The notes beneath the pieces were generated by a model. That model did no database searches. It saw only the letters and a list, made by a program, of their open reading frames with translations, and was not told the DNA's origin. A stretch of 63,829 nt of DNA, counting the filler, from Octopus bimaculoides (lineage: Eukaryota): assembly GCF_001194135.2 (NCBI RefSeq). It is 7 parts of 6 records of this genome, joined end to end, with 100 filler letters (N's around TTAATTAATTAA, not from the genome) between each part and the next. Parts side by side here need not be neighbours in the genome. Positions count along the whole stretch, not along the records: positions 51,826 to 59,169 come from NC_069004.1; positions 59,270 to 62,601 come from NW_026438508.1; positions 62,702 to 63,829 come from NC_068986.1; 4 more parts are not named here. One strand, written 5' to 3'. Below are positions 52,660 to 63,829 of this stretch, in pieces. Positions within the stretch are counted from its first letter, which is position 1; every line of letters begins with the position of its first letter. The position numbers and the translations under genes are program-made.

Positions 52660-52930
52660 TACTAGATTTTCACGTTTACAGTAATTTTAAATTTACAATA
52701 ATAAGAGAAATAGCACTGGCCTATGTAAATTTTTCTGGAAACTAAAATATAGCAACATAAGTTATAAAATTAAATGGAAAATTTTAAGCAACGCTCATGC
52801 GTATAGACCAAAACCTGTTCACTTTTCATGGATGAGACATACAACATTTTATTCTCTAAGCATAAAATTTTAAATGATAGATCCGAGAAAATTTCCCACT
52901 GCTTACACGTACAGAAATATATTTTTTTAA
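52660..52930 (+). mobile_element. Degraded PLE GIY-YIG C-terminal fragment
   Basis: Frames read NKRNSTGLCKFFWKLKYSNISYKIKWKILSNAHAYRP and ILNDRSEKISHCLHVQKYIF, paralleling the C-terminus of the 39132-39962 ORF; frameshifted. Confidence 0.7.
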
Positions 52931-54186
52931 AATATGATTAATTCACCTCATTATTTTCTCGTAAAATGATAATAATATATAATTCATCTCATATAAATAC
53001 CATAATATATTCTATATAGACCTAACAACTGTGATTATACATACAGAGTGAGGGAGAGAGATGGGGAAAAAGAGGAAGGTATGAAAGAGAGAGAGAAAGG
53101 AGGGAGAGAGAAGTGGGAACAGGAGGATGACATGATAAGTATTACCTATACACTCTCTAAATATTTATTATTTAGTATCTCCCTCTTAATACCATTTCTT
53201 ATTAGAGATATATGTGTTACCCTTATTCTTATACCCATAATATTTTTTAAATCTTTAATATTTAATTTTTAATCGTTAATATTTAATTTTTAATCGTTTA
53301 AATTTAATTTCTAATCTATAATTTTTTAAATAACAATTTTAAAAACTTAATTCAAACCAATTTATATCAACTTAATACAATTATTTATAATATCCCCTTA
53401 AATGTTATTTGCACTATATTCATTTTCCACATCAACCATTTCCTTATATACTTGATTTTACACTTATAACATAACATCAATAACAACAGACTTTACATGT
53501 ACCTAAATATTGTAAGTTCACCCACATATGTACATAAAGTGACACGAGATTGCATGTATATANNNNNNNNNNNNNNNNNNNNNNNNNNNNNNNNNNNNNN
53601 NNNNNNNNNNNNNNNNNNNNNNNNNNNNNNNNNNNNNNNNNNNNNNNNNNNNNNNNNNNNNNNNNNNNNNNNNNNNNNNNNNNNNNNNNNNNNNNNNNNN
53701 NNNNNNNNNNNNNNNNNNNNNNNNNNNNNNNNNNNNNNNNNNNNNNNNNNNNNNNNNNNNNNNNNNNNNNNNNNNNNNNNNNNNNNNNNNNNTATACATG
53801 TACCTAAATGTTGTAAGTTCACCCACATATGAACATAAAGTTACATAAAATTGCATGTATATATATATATATGTATCATCCACAAAATTTATACTCATAT
53901 TTTCTGTATGCCCCATTTAATTACAATATATATACATATACACATTCCATATAATATATGTACTAACACTAACATTAATTACCTATTTGAGCATATTTCT
54001 TTTACTACGACTACACTCTACTATTAAATATATTTTTATATTCCTGATCATATACTTATACCATAACATCAATAATAATTGACACTCTACCTGCAGCAAT
54101 AAAAACTGAGACTCTACTTGAATCTAAATATTGTAAGTTCACTGGCATATTTATATAAAATAGCATATATGTATAAGTTGTGTGTA

Positions 54187-54239
<53 letters not shown>

Positions 54240-54301
54240 NNNNNNNNNNTATATGTATAAGTTGTGTGTATATATATATATATATATACATATATTATAT
54301 A

Positions 54302-54334
<33 letters not shown>

Positions 54335-56232
54335 CTATACCATATATATATATAGTTTATATTCATACTTACAGTATGCTTTCGCTTGCAAAATAATTCT
54401 TGTTCTTCTCTATATCCTCCACATGCTTCTTTCTAAATTTGTTTTCTGTCAATTAATCCAATTATTTCCCCTCAAAAGACAAAGGAAGATTACCAGTTGT
54501 TCTTCATTATAACATTTTTTTTAGAGTAAGAAACGAGGATCCGTTTTCAAAAAATAAGTACCTTATAGTTTTCGTTGATTTTGCACAAATCTTTAAATTC
54601 CTCATAAAAGTATGTATAATATCACTTTTTTGATCGATATAATTTTTCTGCAAAAATGAATGTATCTTTTACTTGTTTCACTGACATGACTACGGCCATG
54701 CCGGGGCACCGCCTTGAATTCTTTTACTCGAACGAATCGACCCCAGTATTGAAACATCGTTGGCTGGATCGCACCTATTCTCATATCGCAGCTTGATCTC
54801 AATGCCTGACCTTTGGCATACCCGAACTGCTAACACTTGTATTCAGATCGAATCTTTTATTCCTTATCAATCTTGTAATTTCTGCCGAAAGTTTATAACC
54901 GTTTCTCTTCGATCTCTGCCTAAGCGTTAGATAAAAGACCGGTAGCTGCAAATTATTCTGAAAACATGAATTGCCTTTACCTTCTTTTCAACCATTCTTT
55001 TATACAGATTTACATGAAGGCAATCTGCACCTTTAGGTTTGCTAATAAAGGAATTTAAGCTTGTTTAAACAGGGTCTGCATATTGAAGAATGAATCGTTG
55101 AGTCAAGATGTCCAAATTGACCCACCTTTTTCCAAGGGGAAAATCTAAGCCTTTATAGAGCAACGTTCATTTCATCTCCGCTAAAAATCGTACACATAAC
55201 ACGGAATGGTCATTTTACTATTGTCATCATAATTGTGTTCTTGACCGTGTTGCAGAAAATACTGATTCTTCATAATTCCTTTAGATATAATTCTCTGATG
55301 GATATACAAGGAATATCAAAGCATTTTAGATTAAAGCCTGCCTAGCGTTAGAAAAAGCGATAATTTTATTAGTGATTCCGATGATTAGAATACAAATGGG
55401 ATTGAAGTGGTGTTACTTTGGTGTTCTTTCTTAATGCTGCGTTTCTTTTTCTTTTTCCTTTTTCTGTAAGGTTTCTCTTTTAAATGCAACAAATAAATCC
55501 TGTATATTCTTGTGAAGCTAAGCATTTCGGAACATGTGATACATTTATATGACATTGTTGTTATCAGTGTTGTTGTTGCGGTGGTGGTGGTGGTGGTGTC
55601 GATGGCGGTGGTGGTGAAGGTGTTTACCATCAGGTCAGATCTAATCAAACAGGCCATATTACCCTTTACGTTTTTTTTTTTTTGTTTTTTTTTTTTAAAT
55701 CAAACATAGGCGCAGGTATGGCTGTGTTGTAAGAAGCTTTGTTTCCCAACCNNNNNNNNNNNNNNNNNNNNNNNNNNNNNNNNNNNNNNNNNNNNNNNNN
55801 NNNNNNNNNNNNNNNNNNNNNNNNNNNNNNNNNNNNNNNNNNNNNNNNNNNNNNNNNNNNNNNNNNNNNNNNNNNNNNNNNNNNNNNNNNNNNNNNNNNN
55901 NNNNNNNNNNNNNNNNNNNNNNNNNNNNNNNNNNNNNNNNNNNNNNNNNNNNNNNNNNNNNNNNNNNNNNNNNNNNNNNNNNNNNNNNNNNNNNNNNNNN
56001 NNNNNNNNNNNNNNNNNNNNNNNNNNNNNNNNNNNNNNNNNNNNNNNNNNNNNNNNNNNNNNNNNNNNNNNNNNNNNNNNNNNNNNNNNNNNNNNNNNNN
56101 NNNNNNNNNNNNNNNNNNNNNNNNNNNNNNNNNNNNNNNNNNNAGGGTCAATAAAATAAGAACCCAGTCAAGCACTAGCATCGACTAGTCCCCTTCCCCA
56201 AAATTTCAGGCCTCGTGCTTATAGTAGAAAAA

Positions 56233-56307
<75 letters not shown>

Positions 56308-59097
56308 TTGTCTATCGTAACGTTCTGACTTCAAATTCCGCCGAGGTCGACTTTGCCTTTCATCCTTTTGATATCGATGAAAAAAGTACCAGTTGAACAC
56401 TAGGGCCGATGTAATCAAATCATTCCCACTCTCCCAAGCTGCTCTTGTGACAAAAATTTGAAATAATGATAACAATTATTATTATTATTATTATTATTAA
56501 GGCGACTAACTGGCTGGATCGTTAGCATGCCGGATAAAATGCTTAGCGGCATTTCGTCCGTCCTTAAAAAATAGCGACGCCACAAGGGAAGTCTTATTGT
56601 TTGCTGCGGTTTGAGAAATAGGAATCGATTGTGCACGTGCAACGTGAATTTCGTCGCCCATTCAATAAAAATCCACCTCGTCAAAAGCAAATTTACGAAT
56701 GGCATAAAAATTTCACAGAAAAAGGTTTCGATATTTGTCGAGCAACACTTGGTGCTCATGTTGAGTGCATGCTACCCTAAAATAAACTTTAAACCATCCC
56801 CTCTCGAGAAATATGGGGAATGCGTTTGTGTCTCTTACCGTTTGTTTTAACAATAAATCGAAAATCTGTTCTTTTCTTTTTGAATAACCCTGTATATTTT
56901 AATATCAATATTGCTTCTTCATTGTGGCGAAATGGCAACTTCATTAAATCCAGACGAAATATTTCTCGCACTTACGGTCTGAGTTCAAGTTGGTGTACGA
57001 GATTCTTTTCTGTATTTTTTCTCTTTTTCACCCTAACCTGCCATTCTTCCAAAGTTGATCAGATACGTAACATCATTCTTCTAGTTTTTTTTTATTTAAT
57101 CGATAATACACCTTTCCACACAAAAACAAAAAGGAAAAAAAAATTGTGGCCTTTTGCCAAAGTTAAAAATCAATATTTATTTCACTTCAGTAGTCGAATC
57201 GATAAAATGTTGAAAAAAAAAAACGTATTTTATGGTATTTACTTCAAATTCGTCTGCAATCTAAGTTCAAATACTATCTGTCCGGCTCATCTGTTGATCA
57301 AGCAAAATATCAATAAAATATGTACAAGCGCTGTACAAATGTGAGTTTTAGTGATCTTGGTTTCCTCTTGAAATGCAACAAAACCTCCATAAACTGTGAA
57401 CCCTAAACATGTATTACTATTACCAGAATCAGAATCCCAATGAAGGACAATCAAGCAATATCAACGTATCGCTTATCTTTTATCTTTTATTTTTCCTTGT
57501 TTCTTGTTAGACTGCGGCCATCCTCTGTTTGTAGAATATGTGCGTTCGTACCGTTGTAAAACTTGGATGAATGAGATATATAAGATCAAGAATCGTTTGG
57601 TAAGATTGAAGATAGAATCTGTTTCTTGATACACAGACTCTCTCAATGATTAAGTGAAGACGTGTGGCCAGGAGGTTAGGGTGTTGCACTCACGATCGTA
57701 TGGGCGTGATTTTGATTCCCAATACCAGTGGTGTGTTGTGCTCTTGAGCAAAAACACTTCATTTCTCTCGGCCCAGTCGACTCAGCTGTAAATGAGTAAC
57801 CCTGCTGCAGACTGGGTCTCGTTCCGTTGTAGAGGAATGCTAAGATCTCGCTCATATATATGCCATGGAAACCACCGGGCTACCGGCACTATAAGAGCTA
57901 GGAATCGAGACAGCAGTGTCCAGGTAACAAGCATTTTGTCGATTACCACGATGAGGGTTCCAGTTGATGCGATCAACGAAAACGTCTTGCTTGTGAAACT
58001 TAACTTGCAAGTGGCTGAGCACTCCACAGACGCGTGTACCCTTAACGTAGTTCTCAGGGAGATTCGTCGTGACACTCAATGGGAATAACATGTACACCTT
58101 ACTTTTGCCAGCTGAGTGGACTGAAGCAAGGTGAAATAAAGTGTCTTGCCCAAGGACACAACGCGCTGCAACGGACAGATCTCACGACGTTACGACCAAG
58201 AGCCAAACACCCTAGCCACCACTTCACGCGCCTTCGCGTTACACATTTTAAAGGGAAGTAACTAGAATTGGAACAAGCACATTTAAATATAGGCAACGGA
58301 CCCATGATCTGGTAAATTATAGTAAATATTAAAACATCACCTATCAATATGCGACACCGTGTACATACCGCATGTGCGTTTATGTCGTTGTACAAATTAG
58401 GGGAATAAAATATAAAAGATCCAAAAACCGTTTGGTGAGATTAAAGAGAGAATCCGGTTTATCGTTGTCTGTTTGTCGCTCAAATCAATAAACGCGTAAT
58501 TTTATCAAACTTCGACAGATGACAACGCTTACCACGAAAATAACATCGATAAACGTATCGTATCTGATTTTGCTTATTTGTTTGAGGCTTTTTTTTTTGT
58601 TTTTGTTTGCTTTTGTTTTTTTTTGTTTTTTTTCATATTATCGATCACTGGGCTATTAAAACAGCCTCTGGTCGAATGTAGAGTTTGTTTAAAAATTGAA
58701 TCACACATTCCTCATACGCCATATTGATATAAAACTTAGCGCTTTTCTAATTTCGTTGAATACGGACATATATGTATATAAGTACAAATTCATGCAACTT
58801 AATTAAATTCATGTGTGTATATATATATATACATGGTGGGGAGAAAGATGGAAGGTTAGATAGACGGATAGATATATACATATACACATACATACTACGT
58901 ACGGACATACATGCATGCATACACACACATGCATACATACATACATACATACATGCATACGTACGTACGTGTGTCTGTATATAATCATACAGGGTGTACG
59001 CTAATGTATACCTATAAATACGATATGTATTTGTATATGAAAATACTTAAATATATGAATATATAATTCGTCTTTGTATGACTTCTTCAATGTATGC

Positions 59098-59152
<55 letters not shown>

Positions 59153-59269
59153 TATATGTATATGTATATNNNNNNNNNNNNNNNNNNNNNNNNNNNNNNN
59201 NNNNNNNNNNNNNTTAATTAATTAANNNNNNNNNNNNNNNNNNNNNNNNNNNNNNNNNNNNNNNNNNNN

Positions 59270-59306
<37 letters not shown>

Positions 59307-61157
59307 AAGCAGGTGTACATGAAGTACGATCATTGCTAAAAATAGCAGCCGGTAAGTTTACTACGCCATGTAGAGCTTCACTGAATATTTACACCCGAGA
59401 TGTGTGCGGGTGGTGAATATAGGAAAACTCTGTCTTACCTCTGTGGAGACCGTTAGAGGAATAAAGGATAACTCAATACTGCAGCTTCAAACTCTTCAGA
59501 TCACATGCATCAGCGCGAATCTGATTGGTCATCTTCAGCTGAGTCTACCGTGGATGACCAAATTTTTAAATATCTACTATATCTATGTCTGCTTAGTTGG
59601 CTGATTGCCCCAGCCATAATCAGAACGAAGATTAGTGGAAAAAATACGTGTGTGTAACTTATGTGGCAGACAAGATATAGGGCAAATTTAATCGTATTTC
59701 TTCGTACATTGAGACCTCGGCGGAATTTGAACTCACAGGGTATAGACAGACGAAATACCGCTAAGCATTTCGCCCGGCGAGCTAACGTTTCTTTTCTACT
59801 CTAGGCACAAGGCCAGAAAATTTTGGGAAGGCGGCCAGTCGATTAGATCTTCCGCAGTACGTAACTGGTACTTAATTTAGCGACCCCGAAAGGATAAAAG
59901 GCAAAGTCGACCTCGGCGGAATTNNNNNNNNNNNNNNNNNNNNNNNNNNNNNNNNNNNNNNNNNNNNNNNNNNNNNNNNNNNNNNNNNNNNNNNNNNNNN
60001 NNNNNNNNNNNNNNNNNNNNNNNNNNNNNNNNNNNNNNNNNNNNNNNNNNNNNNNNNNNNNNNNNNNNNNNNNNNNNNNNNNNNNNNNNNNNNNNNNNNN
60101 NNNNNNNNNNNNNNNNNNNNNNNNNNNNNNNNNNNNNNNNNNNNNNNNNNNNNNNNNNNNNNNNNNNNNNNNNNNNNNNNNNNNNNNNNNNNNNNNNNNN
60201 NNNNNNNNNNNNNNNNNNNNNNNNNNNNNNNNNNNNNNNNNNNNNNNNNNNNNNNNNNNNNNNNNNNNNNNNNNNNNNNNNNNNNNNNNNNNNNNNNNNN
60301 NNNNNNNNNNNNNNNNNNNNNNNNNNNNNNNNNNNNNNNNNNNNNNNNNNNNNNNNNNNNNNNNNNNNNNNNNNNNNNNNNNNNNNNNNNNNNNNNNNNN
60401 NNNNNNNNNNNNNNNNNNNNNNNNNNNNNNNNNNNNNNNNNNNNNNNNNNNNNNNNNNNNNNNNNNNNNNNNNNNNNNNNNNNNNNNNNNNNNNNNNNNN
60501 NNNNNNNNNNNNNNNNNNNNNNNNNNNNNNNNNNNNNNNNNNNNNNNNNNNNNNNNNNNNNNNNNNNNNNNNNNNNNNNNNNNNNNNNNNNNNNNNNNNN
60601 NNNNNNNNNNNNNNNNNNNNNNNNNNNNNNNNNNNNNNNNNNNNNNNNNNNNNNNNNNNNNNNNNNNNNNNNNNNNNNNNNNNNNNNNNNNNNNNNNNNN
60701 NNNNNNNNNNNNNNNNNNNNNNNNNNNNNNNNNNNNNNNNNNNNNNNNNNNNNNNNNNNNNNNNNNNNNNNNNNNNNNNNNNNNNNNNNNNNNNNNNNNN
60801 NNNNNNNNNNNNNNNNNTTACGTAACAGAATACAATAGGATTATAAAGCAAAGAAAGAAACGGCAGGGTTTGGCTCTCTCACCCACACTTTTCACAATTC
60901 TACAGATAACTGTAACGAACTTCACACACCCACTTAGAAAATACCCGGAAAGATCCATGCACCCGGGTGACATGCTATCATTCAAGTTCTTTCGGTATTT
61001 CAGGGTCACTGAGTTACTGAGAAACGAGGTCGGGTCTGTCATCATTCGCCTTGAAACCGCTATTTGTGTGTGTGTGTGTATGTGTGTATATCTCTGTGTG
61101 AAGGGGTATGTGTGTGTGCGTGAGCATGTGCATGTGTGCGCCTGTGCGTGTGTGTTT

Positions 61158-61832
61158 GATCATAGGCCCACTGGATAACGACTGACCCAGGGCTAAATAA
61201 CAAGGACACATTAGATAATGTAGTCCTAGATGCATTATGCCTGAATAAAATGCGGGCTGGTCACAACTGCAAAATCTTTGATCATAGGTCTGCTGGATCA
61301 GGACTGACCTAGGGCTAAACAACAATAGCAACAAGTATCGAAACATTAGACAATGTACTCCTAGATACATTTTGCTCGAATAAAAGACAGGAGGGTCACA
61401 GATGGAACGTCTGTGATAATAGGTCTGTCTGGATCACGACTGACCCGGGGCTAAAAAACAGGGAAGGACACATTATATCTTGTAGTCCTAGATACACTGT
61501 CTGAATGAAAAACAGGATGGTCACAGATGGAACGTCTGTGATCATAGGTCAACTGGATCACGACTGACCCGGGGCTAAACAACAGGTAATGACATATATT
61601 TTGTAATCCTAGATACACTGTTTGAATAAAAGACAGGATGGTCAGAGATGGAACGTCTGTGATCATAGGTCAACTGGATCAGGACTGACCTGTGGCTAAA
61701 TAACAGGTAAGGACACATTATATAATGTAGTCCTAGATACACTGTCTGAATAAAAGACAGGATGGTCAGAGATGGAACGTCTGTGATCATAGGTCTGTCT
61801 GGATCAGGACTGACCCGGGGTTAAACAACAAC
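61158..61832. repeat. Tandem array of ~121-135-bp units (5 full units plus a partial)
   Basis: CTAGAT anchors at 61226, 61361, 61488, 61609, 61733; GATCATAGG/GATAATAGG anchors near 61158, 61280, 61415, 61540, 61661, 61785. Confidence 0.95.
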
Positions 61833-62384
61833 AGTACCAACCAGCTGGAAGCATTTCCGAATATTCTAAAAATCTTGGAATGTCACAAAAGACGGAAGTA
61901 CAGCAGAGAAGACAGCCAAGAAAGATCAAGTTACTCGTCGCTTTGTGAAGAGTACCACAAACACACACACACACGCACACACACGCACACATACGCACGC
62001 ACACGCACACATACATACGCACACACAGATATGTATATATATATATATTCATATAGACATAGAGAGAATACAAATTTATGTAATACAGATTTTGTTGTCG
62101 CCCATAAGATGGCGGTGTGATGTAGGAACTACGCTTCGAAAGGCCTTGGACCCGTGTTCAACGTGGAGGTTTCGTTTTCTACGCGCGGCACGTGCTTGCC
62201 CATAGCTCCTCGAAGTTTGGGTTATATATGCATATGTATATTTGAAAATCCTACACGACTAGGTGAAAAGCGCTTTATTTAATATGTGACATTAATAAAA
62301 ATCTGTAAATGTACAAACATCCAGATTTCTGAGTACCTTAATTTTTATTTATATAATTTCTGTACATCACCTCCAAACCTTCCA

Positions 62385-62437
<53 letters not shown>

Positions 62438-62719
62438 CTTTTACTTGTTTCAGTAATTTGACTGCGGCCGTGCTGGGGCAACGCCTTTAGTCGAACAAAT
62501 CGACCCCGGGACTTATTCTTTGTAAGCCTAGTACTTATTCTATCGGCCTCTTTTGCCAAACCGCTAATTGACGAGGATGTAAGAACACCAACATCAGTTG
62601 TNNNNNNNNNNNNNNNNNNNNNNNNNNNNNNNNNNNNNNNNNNNNTTAATTAATTAANNNNNNNNNNNNNNNNNNNNNNNNNNNNNNNNNNNNNNNNNNN
62701 NTGTATATATGTATGTATA

Positions 62720-62756
<37 letters not shown>

Positions 62757-62789
62757 ACATGCGTACATGTGTATGTTATGTATAGGTCT

Positions 62790-63500
62790 ATATGGCAATA
62801 CACTTGCGAGATATATTGTGCATGGCAATGGTTGTTTTTCATTTCGTAGCTTCCACTGTATATTGTGTTATCAGTTTTTGTATTCTACCTTATCGCATGA
62901 GATGGAAGGGAACGGAATTGTAAGTTTGGCTTGGCGTGGTTTTCTATTACGGTGGTCCTGTGTTAGCTCTACAACTTTCGTGAGTTGATAGTGCAGTGCT
63001 TGAAATTTCTAACATTGTACTGCATGTTGTTTATTTCGGCCCATTTGTATATTAAATTCAGGTCCCGTTAAAAGCATTCGACGTCATCTTGATTTTCATT
63101 ACCTGTGATTATTTTGTATCATCCGCAAAGCTAGTGACAGTGGCTGACCGAGTGACCGTGGGAATGTTTAAGAGGGCTGTTATGAACAGTAATGGCCCAG
63201 AAGAGTTCCATGAAGGACGCCACTTAGGACATCAGTTTCCTCAGAAAGGGCATCATTAGCTGCAACTACCTTACTTCAGTCTCTAAGGAAGTCAGGCACC
63301 CACTCTCTCTGCTTACCATCAATGCCAAGGTTCCGTAGCTTATGACATATCCTGCTGTGTTCTAACTTATCAAATGCCTTTGCAAAGTCAAGGTATATCA
63401 CTCTGACATCTGAATGGTCAAACAGTTATTTCAAAAGACCAGTCATAATGTTGTAAGAGTTGTGTGAGACAGCTTCTTCCTGGATGAAAGGCATGTATGT
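62790..63500 (-). mobile_element. CR1-type LINE reverse transcriptase fragment
   Basis: Minus frames: HAFHPGRSCLTQLLQH, VIYLDFAKAFDKLEH, SGVLHGTLLG, SFADDTK, LIYKWAEINNMQYN; stops and frameshifts. Confidence 0.88.
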
Positions 63501-63747
63501 GTGTGAGTTTAGGATCTATTTTAAAACGGGGGCGCCAGTTTTCATTTATGTTTTATGTAGTGTTTTTGGTACGGAAAGACTTTCAAACTTCGTATACTTA
63601 TCTATTTTGTGTTATACAACAGAAAAATATTTTTGTATTCGAATTTATTTCATGTAAAAAATTGTCTTATTTCGATAATTTCTACTAATCACTGACGTCT
63701 ATTCAGTTGAAAACAGTTAGCGCTGTAACGGTGTGTATCGTATTAAT

Positions 63748-63829
63748 CCCCTAACCCTAACCCTAACTCTAACCCTAACTAGACTGTTAACCGTAACCGT
63801 AACCCTAACCCTAACCCTAAAACTAACCC
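63748..63829. repeat. Degenerate interstitial (CCCTAA)n array
   Basis: ccctaaccctaaccctaactctaaccctaac...ccgtaaccgtaaccctaaccctaaccctaa up to the window end. Confidence 0.85.

Noticed and set aside
61158-61832. Tandem array as a CRISPR-like or retrozyme array
   Set aside because: No unique spacers, eukaryotic context, and no CUGANGA/GAAA core on either strand.
13343-62657. Six identical TTAATTAATTAA palindromes
   Set aside because: Always centred in N runs; scaffolding spacer, not biology.
817-62988. Most long ORF-track entries (poly-X, YIYI, HTHT, CVCV, poly-V/T/L/N)
   Set aside because: Translations of N gaps and microsatellites.
63748-63829. True telomere
   Set aside because: Wrong strand orientation for a right end, short and degenerate.

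Overview
AT-rich, microsatellite- and gap-laden metazoan genomic DNA. It is most likely an octopus draft assembly, inferred from the tRNA-derived SINE families, repeat load and N-flanked TTAATTAATTAA spacers. The only host gene I can support is Notch on the + strand: four GT-AG exons (18539-18678, 20186-20320, 21034-21232, 26583-26716; 608 nt) that splice in frame and encode EGF repeats 1 (C-terminal half) to 6 (minus its last residues). Three of the intron positions match human NOTCH1 introns 2, 3 and 4. I found no upstream exon in the preceding 18.5 kb and no further EGF exon in the following 37 kb of readable sequence. The rest is intronic or intergenic DNA full of transposon relics: Penelope-like elements (PLEs) of at least two lineages, CR1-type and RTE-type LINE fragments, a decayed mariner, several MITEs, many SINEs, a ~124-bp multi-hairpin tandem array and interstitial (CCCTAA)n. 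The most interesting signal is not in the ORF track: three different families of minimal type-I hammerhead ribozyme motifs lie in the first 15 kb, two of them inside long inverted repeats. Every copy in the Notch-sense orientation is masked by an upstream antisense arm, truncated, or core-mutated. PLE hammerheads are a known class; their arrangement here and any effect on Notch are inference. Most ORF-track entries are microsatellite or N-run artefacts.
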